Shown here piece by piece: positions 49,700 to 61,850 of a DNA stretch of 64,000 nt. The position numbers and the translations under genes are program-made. Below the pieces are notes generated by a model that worked only from the letters and a program-made list of their open reading frames with translations, searched no databases and was not told the origin of the DNA. Origin of the DNA: Camelus ferus (taxonomy: Eukaryota); NCBI RefSeq assembly GCF_009834535.1, contig NC_045697.1, positions 36,086,001 through 36,150,000 on the forward strand, read 5' to 3'. How positions within the stretch are numbered: the first letter of the stretch is position 1; the number at the start of each line of letters is the position of its first letter.

Positions 49700-50098
49700 T
49701 TCACAACATGGTGCCTCTCTTTCCAGCTTTATCTCTGGCCACCGACCTTCTTGAACCCCAGGGGTTCCCCCAAGGTCACAGCTGTTGCACTCCTGTTTGT
49801 CTGCATACCTGACTCCCTTCCCTGAAACGTTTTCTCCTTTGACGGGTAAATGCTGTGCATCCATCACACTTTGCCTGATCTGTCCCCACTGAGACCAGTA
49901 CTTTGTTGCTCCCAGAGCCCAAGCACCTTTTTTATTTCACCAGATCTCTGACACAATCTATTTGCACCTGGGTCTACCTGCTGGGCTGGGAGCCCTTTGA
50001 GAGCTAGGCTCAGGACCTACTTACTGTAGCCTGGTGCTTGGTAGGTGCCTGGCATCTAGTAGATACTCGACAAAGTTTGCAGAATCCAATTGAATTGA
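49700..50098 (+). mobile_element. L2 3' region
   Basis: ctgggagccctttgagagctaggc...gtgcctggcatctagtagatactcgacaaagtttgcagaat. Confidence 0.6.
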
Positions 50099-50739
50099 TG
50101 TGGGGTTGGCTCAGTTAATAACCAAACATATTTCAAGAATTCACCTTCATTTTCGGTAGTAGACTGGTTTAAGAGCATCTGCTATAGGCAATAGAAGAAA
50201 GGAAATTTGGCTCAGAATTCTGGTCTGGGTATCTGACAATCCTGCTCATGAGAACAGTACAAACCTTGAAAATGCACTTTTAATACAGGATGGTTAGAAT
50301 GCCAGTTTCAATAGGCACCCACATGTAACTGATGCATTTAGATACAACCTAGCAAGAGAGCAGTAAATTTACTTTCTAAGGATTAAGTCTCCTGCCTTGC
50401 TGTATTTTAGGCTTTCAGGCTTCTCACAGGGTATAAACATCCCTCTATTAATTGAAAACAGTACTGGTTAACATACACATCTCAATTTCAAAGCATTTTG
50501 TATTCCTGAACTATCCTTGAAAAATATATTCCAGCGGACATATGGCCAACCTCCCACGTTATCTTAGGATCAGTGCTTGGCAGAGGGTTATTAAAAGGTA
50601 AATTCAAGAGAAAGTCTGTCTTATCCAAGGAAATAGGAAGGTCACTGCTGGAAAAGGACAGAGATCCCTCTTACAGAGGAGAAAACCAAGGCCCAGAAGA
50701 CTGAGTGACTTCCCCAGATCACAGTGTTCAGGCAGAGGC

Positions 50740-51165
50740 CACATGGTGTGGGAAGGTCCTGAGTCAGACAGAACTTGGAGGGGTGCAGGGCGAGGCAGGA
50801 GAGAGGGTCAGGGCTTGGGGGGCTGCCGCAAGGGGCTTGGACTGCATTCCCAGGTCAGTGGGCAGCAGCTGAAGGGGTTCATTCGGGAGAATGCCAGGAG
50901 GAGGTCCATGTTTCAAATACGAAGACCACACTGCTGCTGGGAGGCGCCCAGCCAGCGGCAGGCTCTTGCGGTGGTTGGTGAGGCGGTGGCGGCCCAGGTG
51001 CCGGTGCGGCAGCACAGTTGAAAAGAACAGAATGGATTTGAGATGCATTTTAGAATTAGAATCAAAAAGACTGGCTGTTGTGGGAGGTAAGGAAGAGGGA
51101 GGGTCAAGGATGACTTCTTCGTTTCTGGCTTGTGGGGATGAGGGGACTATTTTTGAGACGGGAAG
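50740..51165 (-). mobile_element. L2 fragment
   Basis: gggcttggactgcattccc...gctgaaggggttc...atggatttgagatgcattttagaattagaatcaaaaagactggctg...gtcaaggatgacttc; explains ORFs 50743-51291. Confidence 0.8.
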
Positions 51166-51399
51166 AAATAAGCACAAGGAACTAGGAATTATTTTGGACG
51201 GGTGGTAAAGTGAGGCTTGGAATGGCAAGCCTTGCCACTTGGAACAGCACAATAGATGTGGACTGCTCCGTGTCTGGAACAGAGTTACCACAGCGTGGTG
51301 GCAGTGATGTTTTTATCACTGCCGTCTTCACTACCACCCTAGCAGGGTTACTGAGGCCAAAGGGAGACATTGGAATTACGGTGTAGCTGGTGCAATGGC

Positions 51400-51659
51400 T
51401 AGTTTGACTACACAGTGAGTAGCAAACACATTTATTGGTAAATTGGTGCAAATGTCTTCAACGTCAGTATAAATTGGCATTCAGAGAAATGACATTGATT
51501 CTGATGACTCCTACATGGTTGGTCGCAGCCTGCTTTGGATTATAGCTACTAATGATGATAGAGCTTGTACAGAATTTGTTAGTGAATTTTTGCACTCCTA
51601 CCAAATAGCTTTAATTTTCATAAATGAACAGCTGATCAGTATAAATACTGGCATTCCTG
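51400..51659 (-). mobile_element. Possible hAT-Tip100 (Arthur1-like) DNA transposon end
   Basis: Minus strand caggaatgccagtatttatactgatcagctgttcatttatgaaaattaaagctattt resembles a recalled Arthur1 terminus. Confidence 0.35.
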
Positions 51660-54600
51660 TTTGATAGCTTATTGTTTGGATGTTATTTATCCTTTCTCTA
51701 AAAATGAATACATCTATAATAGAGTTCAAACGTGTCTTTCACTATTGGTAGAAACTGAACATCATCCTAGGAGAACATGCCTTTATTTTGTTTTCGAGCA
51801 CCTTGATTTCTGGCCAGCCATGTGCTACCATACTCTTCTACTGCTCTCTACTGTTCAAAATGATGCAGCAGCCAGCTAAGTTTGCACACATAGCAGTTCA
51901 CTGGGGAAGCGACAGCTTTACTCTCTCTATGTATCATCTCAATTTATTTCAAGGAGATTTACATGACAGAAATATTCAACATAATGATTCACGAGGGGCA
52001 ATGAATATTTCTTAGGAAATCCATTTTCAAGGATTTCCATCTGGTACAATTTACCATCATTACTCCCTACTCTCAGAGAAGGTATTTCTATCGAGTTCTA
52101 GTGTGAACTGCTTGATCCCTTGTTTTATTAGAAAGGCTTTGACAATGTCATGGTTCAAACTACACAAGGTATTGTTCAATGCCTTTAACGTAAGACCTGG
52201 ATGCTTGATAGACAAGAGTCCACGGAAGTTCACAAGTGTAAAGGAATGGGCATGATAACTCTGCCTAGCCACTCCAGGGCACCAGATCCTATAGAACCAA
52301 ATTCAAATGTTCAGTATGTACATTTGTCATCTTCTATGCTTATAGAATTGGTTTTAAGGTTAGATATAATTAAAGCCACAGTACAGCAGAGATTTGCAGT
52401 AAGTAATATTTATGATTCTTCTTTTGGGTTAAATATTTTAAAGGGGGAAAAGCCATATTTTAAAGCACCCAAAATAATTTAAAAATCATACTTCTGTGTG
52501 TGTAAATGTGCGTGCAAACATTCAAAGGAGATGTATTTACTTTAGCTTAGTGAAACAACTCAAATACTAAGATCTAATTTAAACTACTTGAACAACCTGT
52601 GCTTTCTAGGCAATTGCTATTTTTCTTTATCCACAGAATAAAGTGCCCTGTAAAGGGTCTGTTCTCAGTTCTAAGAACCAAGGGCACAGTTTCCATGGTC
52701 CTTTCAATTTGCCGATGCTAATGAACAGAACCCATCTAGATCATGGAAATGGTGACCTCTGCTGGGAAAATGAAGAGGAATCTGGAGCCTCAAACTCTCC
52801 TTTTGTCTGGTTTGGTTCCATTTCCTGGAACATGGAAAAAGAAACACTGACATTTGCTTCTGGGGTAAACCTCACATCCTGCCAGTAAACAGGCACTCGT
52901 TAAGACTGATGCCCTATCTGATCTTGTCTACCCTGAAGAATTTAAAGTTAGGCTTTTTGGTTGGACATCTGTTTTCCTAAGAGAAAGCTCATTCCAAATA
53001 TTGACTTCACACAGCTTTTTAACTGAGTAAATAGGATTGTGCGTTTCCCACTTCTCTGCAGAGCAGCTGGAGTGACTTTGTGTCATGAAGGACGGGGTAG
53101 GGGGAATTCTGGACCTTTCAAAAAGCGTGTCTCCGGCCTCCTCATTGTTGCCTCTGCTGGGTTCCCAAACAGGAAGCCAGTGAAATGGGTTGTAAACATG
53201 ACCCCAGTCGGTGAGCTCCGTCAAAGGTACTTTTTGTAAAACTCTGACTTTGGGAGAGGAAGAGGCTGTGTTGGCTATATTCATATTGAAATGAAAGGGA
53301 GGAATATACAAAATATCAAAATCACTGGCATAACAAGTTGGAGAATTCTGAGTGTTGGCTTGTCTCTAAGAGCGCCTTTTTGTGCTGCTCTACAAATTGA
53401 TGACCTCAATGGTGTGTCACAAAGCCACCATTGTCAAGGGTGTCCTGCAAACACGGTTGTGAAGATCCAACCCGTTTTTAACTCTGATTGGGGAAACAAA
53501 AGAGCTGAAAGATGATGGACACTGGAATCGAATGCTTTCCAATGAGACTAGCCTTATACAGGAGTCTGCAACTTATAGAGGTTTAAGTTGCTCTGAAACC
53601 AAGGTCCTTTGAGGCTGTCTATGACCTAAGAGTGACCATTACATGATAGAGAGAATGGGAAATGGCTTGTAAGCTATGAGTCCAAAATGGGTCTAAGTAA
53701 TTCTTCTGGTTGAATCATCAGTGACAAACCCTCAGGTCAGCAGAGGCCTAAAATCATCTGTGATCCTGACAGAGCGGGAGAGGGGCACGCAGAGCTGTGT
53801 GCAACGTGTCACCCCAGTCCAAGTACTTATTTGGAGTCCTCTGTCCCTCATGAGCCGTCTTAGACTTTCCAAAATCACTTTAATGAAATGCAGCTGGATT
53901 TGGTACCCTTCCCAATCATGTAGAAGATGGGAAAAATGATTTTGCTTCCTTGCCTACACCTTTTATGAGCGAAAGTGTGAAGGAACTATCGAAACCTTCT
54001 GAAACTTATTAAGCTGAATTGTGTCGCCAGAAACACATTTATAGCTTTGAAAAAAAAAGCTAGAGGGATTTTCAGCAAGGCATGGGGATTTCAAGACACA
54101 ACTCTCTCATTTAATTGGGAGCCAGACAGCGATGTCTCAGACAACTTAAGTTTTAAAATTTCTCTCGGGGTTTTAAGGGTATTGATGATAAAATCCTTAT
54201 TTAATATTGTTCGGCTCTGTGACTGCTCCCTGGCAGCAGGGGTAATCTTCACTCGATTCCCACCCGGCCCTGGAGGGCTGGGCATAATATTAAGCATGTG
54301 TTTATATGCTTCATAAACATATGAACATACTCAGCATTGTTCTGAGTATAGTTTTAGGACCTTTCCACTGCAGCGAAGTCATTTTGGTTATTTCCAAAAA
54401 TATTTATTTCATTTGGCATGGTGCTTAGCTCCATATTTTATTAATTAGCCTCCTGTTTCATCCTAAACACTAAAATAGAAGCCTTTTAAGTTACTGAGGA
54501 TCCCAAATGCATTTATAATAAAATGCTAATATCATCTTTGTGACTGGGGATTTTGGTGTTGATAAATTTGAGGGTGTTTTTTGGAACGGTGTCTAGTGAA

Positions 54601-55642
54601 AATTCTAGCAGAATCTTACCAAACCATGGCAGTTTTATTCGATTAAGGAACCCACCCTCAAAGGTGTCTGGAAATTTTCCTTTAGAAGATTTCAAAAGGC
54701 CAGATGCAAATATTTTTGTATTTCAAAAAAAAAAAAAAAAAAAAACGTGTTCAGGAACACAAACATCATTGTTTATGATTTTAGAAAACCCAAGCATCTG
54801 TCTGGAATTCTGGGTCAGAGTTAGCAGGTTAGTGTGGAGTCAGGTTTTAAAAAGTTTCTCCAAATATGTTAACAGATGACACTCTGCAATTTCAGCTATG
54901 TTCACCCATTCTAGAACAAAGCCCAAAACACACTTGGGAATTTCCAATCAGATCAGACAAACACTAGAGAGCTCGAGTTGGGACTGGAATTGTTTTAAAT
55001 GTTGAAGTGATCACCAAGAAATAATTTCTCATTAGACATGAATGGGCAGAAGTGGAACACAGTTCCTCTCAATGTCCCTCTTTGCTCTTGTCCCTGCCTG
55101 ACATCAGGCAAGGAGTGCAGGCATGCTAGCTTGCTCTAGCCACCCCCCCCACCTTGGATTTGGTGTGTGTCTGAGGCTGGAGGTGGAACCCAATCTCCTC
55201 CTCCACAGCTGTCCCCCTCTGCATCCTGGAGGGGGTACCACCCTCCCCTCTTCTGCTCCTTCTCCCAGGCAATTTAGAGAAGAAAAAGTACAAAGTCCTT
55301 TTTAAAGTTGCTGATCACATGGAAGGTTTTCCAAATTCTTGGACTTTCTACTTTATGTATCAAGGGAAGGTTTGATGATTTGAATCGAACTCTGGAATTC
55401 TGTGGTTAATAATGATGGCTCAAGTTCCAGGGTGACTCTCTGAGTTTATGATATGAGTTAGTAAGTATTCTCTCAGCAACCACTGTGTGCTGGGTACCGC
55501 AGGGAATGCAAAGTAATCGCCATTCCTCATCTCGGGGAGCTCAGGATCTAGTCGTGGGATGATAAAATTCCCAAATTTAAGTTTTAATATTTCAAAACTC
55601 CAAGGCGGAATTCAGCATCAGTGGTGAGGCAGGGGAAACATC

Positions 55643-55718
55643 TGAGCCAAATGAAGTTGCCAACATTTGAACATTTTTCTAGTCAGAAAAATCAGAATTT
55701 CATATGGCTCAACCCAAT
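55643..55718 (+). mobile_element. MADE2-like mariner MITE
   Basis: tgagccaaatgaagttgcc...aatttcatatggctcaacc imperfect inverted termini. Confidence 0.7.
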
Positions 55719-55930
55719 ACTTGGTGAGAATTTAGAGCTTGATACATAATGCTTTGTAACTTAGCTGCAGATTCACAACAGTTTGAAAGGATTTTAAAAT
55801 GAATGATTAGGTATCACTCCCCTTCTTCCTTCATTGCTCCATGATTTGTTTTTCCAAAACACAGATGAGCAAACTCATTTTCAAATGGCCATCCCTTTCT
55901 TCACAAACCTTCCTCTTCAAGACAACACTG

Positions 55931-56141
55931 ACAAACTACTATATATAAAATAGATAAACAACAAGGTCCTACTGTATAGGGACCTACATTCAATATCTTG
56001 TAGTAACCTATAATGAAAAAGAATATGAAAAAGAATATATATATGCATAAATGAATCACTATGCTGCACACCAGAAACTAAAACAACACTGTAAATCAAC
56101 TATACTTCAATAAGTAAAAAGTTTTAAATTAAAGAAAAAAA
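55931..56141 (+). mobile_element. Young 5'-truncated L1 3' end with TSD
   Basis: acaaactactatatataaaatagataaacaacaaggtcctactgtatag...ctatgctgcacaccagaaac...tatacttcaat plus A tail; perfect 12-bp TSD AAGACAACACTG at 55919-55930 and 56142-56153. Confidence 0.93.
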
Positions 56142-56499
56142 AAGACAACACTGGAAGATCTTGCTCTCCCTTTGCTCTCTCTTTCTCGCTCGCTCTCTCT
56201 TTTTAAAAAAATCTCCAGTGCACAAGTTTCTCTAGAATTTCTCTTTAAACACAGCTCATGGAAAGGTGAGCCATCTCATCCAAGGAGGGGAACCTACCAA
56301 AATCGGGGACTGGCAACTGCCAATATCATCAGAGCTTCTTGTAAATCAGAATAACTGATAGGTTCTTTGCTGAATCAACTGAGCCTTAGTATTTCTGCTC
56401 AGATTCACTTATCTCTATCTTTTCATTTACTTGAGTTATTCTCTGCACTTTCTGCATTGTTAACTGAGAAGGTGGGGGCACACACAACTACCTGTTTCT

Positions 56500-57152
56500 A
56501 TAAAAATAATAAACACCACGATGTAGTTCTCTCTCATCCCACAGACCAGCTGGAAGAGCCGGCATAACATTTCCCCACATTGAAGGAACCGCAGGTGTCC
56601 GCCAGGGACGTGGGTATCTCAAAAGCCCCTACCAAAGTGCATGTAAGAGAAAGAGCAGGTTGAGACAGTTGCCACGACCAGAGAATGTCATGCCAGCTCG
56701 TTACAGTGTCAGGAGGGTAAGAGCTTTCCTACCACCCCCACCCCCTCCTTTCCGATCTCTCTAACCTTGCAGGGGTTGGAAACTGCAGCTGATCAGCTAT
56801 GGGAGGAGGAGGAGGAGGAGGAGGAAACTTACATGAGGGAAGGGAGAGGCAGCTGGTCACACCTCCCTTCTTCAACTGTAGCAGCCAGAAGCTGGGAGAG
56901 AGAGAATGCCTTAACTTTAAATCAAGCTTGAAGTCTTGATATTACACGGGGTTAGATGTATAAATGACTAAACTGAGACTGCTTGTATTTCCTAAGGGTG
57001 ACCAGAAAAGTTATGGACTTGCCCAAATATTCAACCAAAGATAGGGGAAGAACTAGACCCCACTGAAAAATTTAAAGTAACACTGAGAAATGAAATAAGA
57101 TTGCTTTATGATCTGACCTCATGAGCCAGTCTTACCCAGTGTACTAGTTACA
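56500..57152 (+). mobile_element. MamGypLTR1-like ancient Gypsy LTR
   Basis: ttaactttaaatcaag...ctgagactg...gtgaccagaaaagttatgg...ggggaagaactag...aatttaaag...ttgctttatgat...gttaca matches recalled MamGypLTR1 3' half; 5' boundary uncertain. Confidence 0.7.
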
Positions 57153-57639
57153 TGATTTAGGAGGCCTATGTGATCTGGGGCTCTCGTGAGGATTTAAGTT
57201 CAGACGATAGAGTCCAGGAGGGAATGACTGCTGCTAATTCTCAGGTTTTTCAACACCAAAAAAATCAAGCTTCAACCTATATAGCACTTGGTTTTATAGT
57301 TCCATTTCTCCTTATCTCTTACCTTAACCTGAAGATATAGATTAAGACATCTTTGGAGGGATGCTGAACCCCCATTTTAATAGCATTTCATGACATCTGT
57401 GGCTAAAGTTATTCCATTTCTGTACTCATGTCCATTTAGGTACACTGACCCAGAGGCAACAGAAGAATACATTTCCCTTTACTACATGAGACTTTGACTC
57501 CAGCATGCTTTTCATGTGATGATTTTCCTTCTCTTCCTTGACTTAATCTTGCCTCCCTGTTCCCCCCTTTTCTTGCTAATGCAGTGATGCTTTTTCTTGA
57601 CTATAAAGACGTACATCACTAGTTTCTGTTGCAGGAAAA

Positions 57640-57850
57640 TAATAATAGTTAAAATTTATTGACATCTACTTGTTCCAAATGCTTTATGTACTTTCTCTCT
57701 AATAGTTCTAATAATCCTGGAGGAAAAGTAGCAGTATCCCCGTTTTACAGGGGGAGGAAATGGAATTTCAGAGAGGCCGAGTTAGCTGTTCCAGTTAATA
57801 AAGTGAACACACCAGGGAGCCTGGACTGTCACTTGAGTGTGTCCAGGCCC
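57640..57850 (-). mobile_element. MIR SINE
   Basis: aataatagttaaaatttattga...tatccccgttttacagggggaggaaa. Confidence 0.65.
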
Positions 57851-58446
57851 TAGGCTCACTTGCTTCTGGAAGACGATCATCATTGTAAGAACAGAACAGG
57901 AAAACTGATCACGTTCCTAGTTCTGCGAACGATTTATGGATTATTTGGTTAGTCCTTTAATCTCTTTTGGAGAAATAAAAACCATGTTATACCCACCTGT
58001 TTATCTAAAGGGGAGGTTATGAGACAGATATGCCACTACTGATAGAGCACACTAAGAAGTGATGTAAACAGTCTTACTGGCAGTGTAACTTCAATTCTGT
58101 CTTTACCCACACTATAATTTCCTTTATAGTATTATATTATATTATATTGTGTTACATTATATCATATTATCTCAGCACTTGAATGCTGTAACTGAGGAGT
58201 TCAACCTATGATAAAGATATGCTATAAGCTTCCCTAGTATGTCTATTTCAAATATAACGTAAAAAAAAAAAGGATAAAACAATGATGGAATGCTTACAGT
58301 GGTGACTTCAGAGCTCAATAATTTCTATCAGAAAAAACATTTGCTCCTTTGTTTATATAAAATAGATGTAATCTGTGTTTTCCATTTCTTCATTGAATTA
58401 TATTCATCCCCACTCTCTCCATTTCTTTTTCTCTTCTACCCTGCCC

Positions 58447-58526
58447 TTAACGGAGGTACTGGGGATTGAACCCAGAACCTCATGCATGCCAAGCATGCGC
58501 TCTACCACGGAGCTACACCCCCACCC
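58447..58526 (-). mobile_element. tRNA-Ala-derived SINE
   Basis: ggaggtactggggattgaacccagaacctcatgcatgccaagcatgcgctctaccacggagctacacccc; related flanks cccactct...ccatttctttt on both sides. Confidence 0.9.
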
Positions 58527-60009
58527 ACTCTTTTCCCATTTCTTTTATTCTATTTTCTTCCCAATCCTCCTGAAGCATTTTGTTTATTCAAAATTTGGCC
58601 TGATTGTTGGTGGACAATGACTCCTCTTTCTCTGCACCCTCCTTCCCCTCACCCTCGATGCCCCCTCCCTGCCCTCTCTGCTGGTGGTTTCCTCACCTCC
58701 CTTTACGTTTTCCTTCTCTGACGTCCCTCCTCCATCTTTACAGTTAACATTCTGGCATCAGCCCCCTCCCTCCCTCTCATCTTTCATTCCTCTTTCAACT
58801 TTTCCTCATTATTGCTGCATTTATAAATAGCCTCCAAGTAATCTATCATTCATCCACACACCCTCAGATAATCTCTTGATGCATCTCACAGACAGTAGTC
58901 AGCTGCAGCAGGAAAACTTGCCATGCCCACTTATTATCCTCTGAGAAGGCGTGCTGAAGCAGGGGTCAAAACTCAGAGACAGCCTACCTGAAGGAGCAAC
59001 CGGCGATAGTTAATAAGAAAGCTGTATTCTTACATCTGTGAGGATGACTGCCACTGTTTCTAAAGAGACAAAGCTGCTACAGATCTATACAAGGCCCTGA
59101 ATGACAGCGAGCCCTGTACGCCCAATGTGTTTTGTCAGTTTTATCACTACAAATAATAACAACTTATGCACTTAAATGGACCAGCCCTGTTTTAATTATT
59201 GAAAATGAATGATCAAATTCAGGGCTCTCCAGACAGTTGTGCAGTTTGTGTACTGAACTGAGGAGTCCAGCAGAGGGGAGAGCTGCAGCTGCTTGTCAAA
59301 CTGTTGGTAGAAGCTATCATTATTCCAGTTTTCAGATGAAGAAAATGAGGCACAGATGGGTTAAGCAACTTGCCTGAGTCGAAGAACTACGTAAATTACA
59401 AAGTTAAACAGGACCTTTAATACATATTGACCAATATACACTCTACTGCCCCTTATGCAATTCCCTTACTACACAGTAAGCAGACTGAGGGCAGGCACTG
59501 GGTCTGTCTTGTTCATCCTGTAGCTACTATTTTTGGAATGAATGAAAAAAGAAATGGTAAAAGTCATGAAATACCGAAAGGGTTGGTTTTTCCAACAAAA
59601 GACATACAGTGATCTTGAAGAAAATGCCCAATGTTTTAACTCTTAAGCATTAGTTCTATCTTTACTTCAGAACAGGGCTGAGGTGGCAGGGAGAGTGTGG
59701 GAGGGCCTGGACACATGCACGCATGTGAGCCAGGAGCAGACGTGGCCACAGGGGACCAATGCAAGGCAGGCCCCTGGTGTGCAGAGTCGGGATGTCCTGC
59801 TGACTAGGGGTGGGGTATGGGCTAGAGGAGGGAGGGAGGCCTGGCACAGGGTACTGGAGGGCATTCTGGGGGCTGAGTAGATCTGGCCCACAGGAAAGCT
59901 TGTTTATAGGCAATACAATATAGGAGATTCAGGTTGAGTTAAATCATTAGATACATGGTTGCTGTCCAGTGTGCTTAGGGAGAGGCAAGTGCAGTGACAA
60001 TGGCACCTG

Positions 60010-60210
60010 TGCATTAAATACTCATGTGTCCGTGTTGTGGGTGTTATGTCATTTCATCCTCACCAGAACCTCTGGGATTGGTACTACTGTTCCTCCCATT
60101 TCAAGATAAGGAAACTGAAGCTAAGTAAGTCATCAAGGTTTTGAGGACAGCAAAAGGCAGATTCTGGATTCATTCCCAGATTAGCTAATTTCAGAGTCTA
60201 CATTCTTTCC
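60010..60210 (-). mobile_element. MIR SINE
   Basis: tcatttcatcctcaccagaacctctggg...cccatttcaagataaggaaactgaagct. Confidence 0.75.
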
Positions 60211-61699
60211 CTTTCCCTTTGGAGGACACATTGGGGCTCAAGGGGAGACCCTCTGGGGTCAGGGTTCCAGTGAAGAGCTCCTACCAGCAAGAAGACTAGG
60301 GACAGGATGGAAGGTCCCTGAGCCTGGAGCACCGGGAAAACCACACAGGTTTTTGAGGATGACCTCAGCCTTGGAGAACAAGACTGGCACCCAGAGATAA
60401 AACTTTGGTTACGACCAGGGGAGAGGAGCTGATCATCAGAAACAGATTAAGAGCCTGATTACTACTTCCTCACATCTGAGCAGAACCAGCCTCAAGGTCA
60501 CCTGGCTTTTTTCCACCCAACTGCCAAGTGAGGGACGTCTGTTTAATTCTCTCCGGTTCTGGAACCTGAGGTGGAGTTGAAGCTGTGGAAATAAGAGTCC
60601 TGAGCTGGTAGGAAGTCATTCTGGCATAAAAATGTTGAGTTCAGATGGTTCTATCTGCCAGTATTTGTCCTGAAGCTATCTCATATCCTTCTGGAATGAG
60701 GCAGGGTATGAACTTAAAAAATGTACATGTCTGTACAGTGGATACATTTCCCCAAGCAGCCTTAAAAAGTGTGTGTGTATTTTTCTTAAGTATGTTTCTT
60801 TTCTTTAATTGTGTCTTTTATTTATATGTTGCAACTAAATCATCAAAATAATTTTGGTGGCTCAATGCATGTCTAAAAGCAGCTCTGTGTTTTGGCCTCA
60901 AGTGTGTTTATAGGCTTTGTGTAATTTTTTACATATGCTGTTTCTCTCCTCAAAATAACGGCCTCAAGGCAACTGCAGAAACAGAGATGGTTGCAAGGGG
61001 CTGGTACAAACGGGTGGTTTGGTGAAAACAAAATGCCATGCTGCACAGGCCGGGGACAAGTGGGCAATCTTGCTGGATTTCCACCCAAATTTCCAAACTG
61101 CAATGGTAGAAATGGCCATAAAATTAACTGACATCACTTAAACTCTCTAGGATGGGTACTTTTCTCTTGACGCTAAAATTATTCATAGAGGGCTTTGTAC
61201 TTGACAACAAACACCCTCGAAAAATAGAGCTGGAGGCAGAGGAAGTGGGGGAGATTCTTGGGGGCTGTCAAAAAGAAGATCTGTGGCCCAAACTGGCAGC
61301 GCCGTGGTGAGGGGGCTGAGGGCGCAGGTGTGCCTTCCAGCGCCCTGATCTGTCCTCGCTGTTCCGAGGCTGGCAGGCTCTGGACAGCTGGGTGTAGAGC
61401 AGGTAGCACTGGAGGTCACTCCAGGTCAGGGGGCACCCTTAGGCTAGTGGCTCCCCTGAATGGCTGGGGAGGGATGACAAATACCCTGAGGGCTGCGGAT
61501 TCCCACTGAGTGTACCTGAGGGAGCCCAGGTATGGGCACATTTTGGATGGATCATGATCAAACTTAGAGGATCTCTTTTTTTCCCTCCACATTGCTTTGT
61601 TACTTTACTTTTCTGCAAAGCCCTAACATTTCGTTAATATCTTACGGTGCCTCTGACCATCCGGAAATTACGAGAGAGAGAAGTGGAAAGAATAGGGGA

Positions 61700-61850
61700 C
61701 TTGGAGCGAGCGAACCAGATTCTCCCTCCGGCTCTGCTACTACTGACCTCGGGCAAGTGAGGTAATCAGTGTCCTTATCTGTCAAGGTAGAGGATAGTCT
61801 GCGAGAGCCAATGTTCTGAGAAGAGCTTGAGGATCACCTTGCGCATCTGA
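61700..61850 (+). mobile_element. MIR fragment
   Basis: ccggctctgctacttactgacctcgggcaagtga...cttatctgtcaag. Confidence 0.6.

Noticed and set aside
51297..51326. miRNA precursor (TGGCAGTG, miR-34/449-like seed) in hairpin GGCAGTGAT-N6-ATCACTGCC
   Set aside because: Stem is only 9-12 bp, far too short for a pre-miRNA, and the sequence after the seed does not match miR-34/449
30189..55718. Two MADE2-like elements as ends of a 25-kb composite transposon
   Set aside because: Each is a complete, independently decayed MITE; no shared TSD or transposase between them
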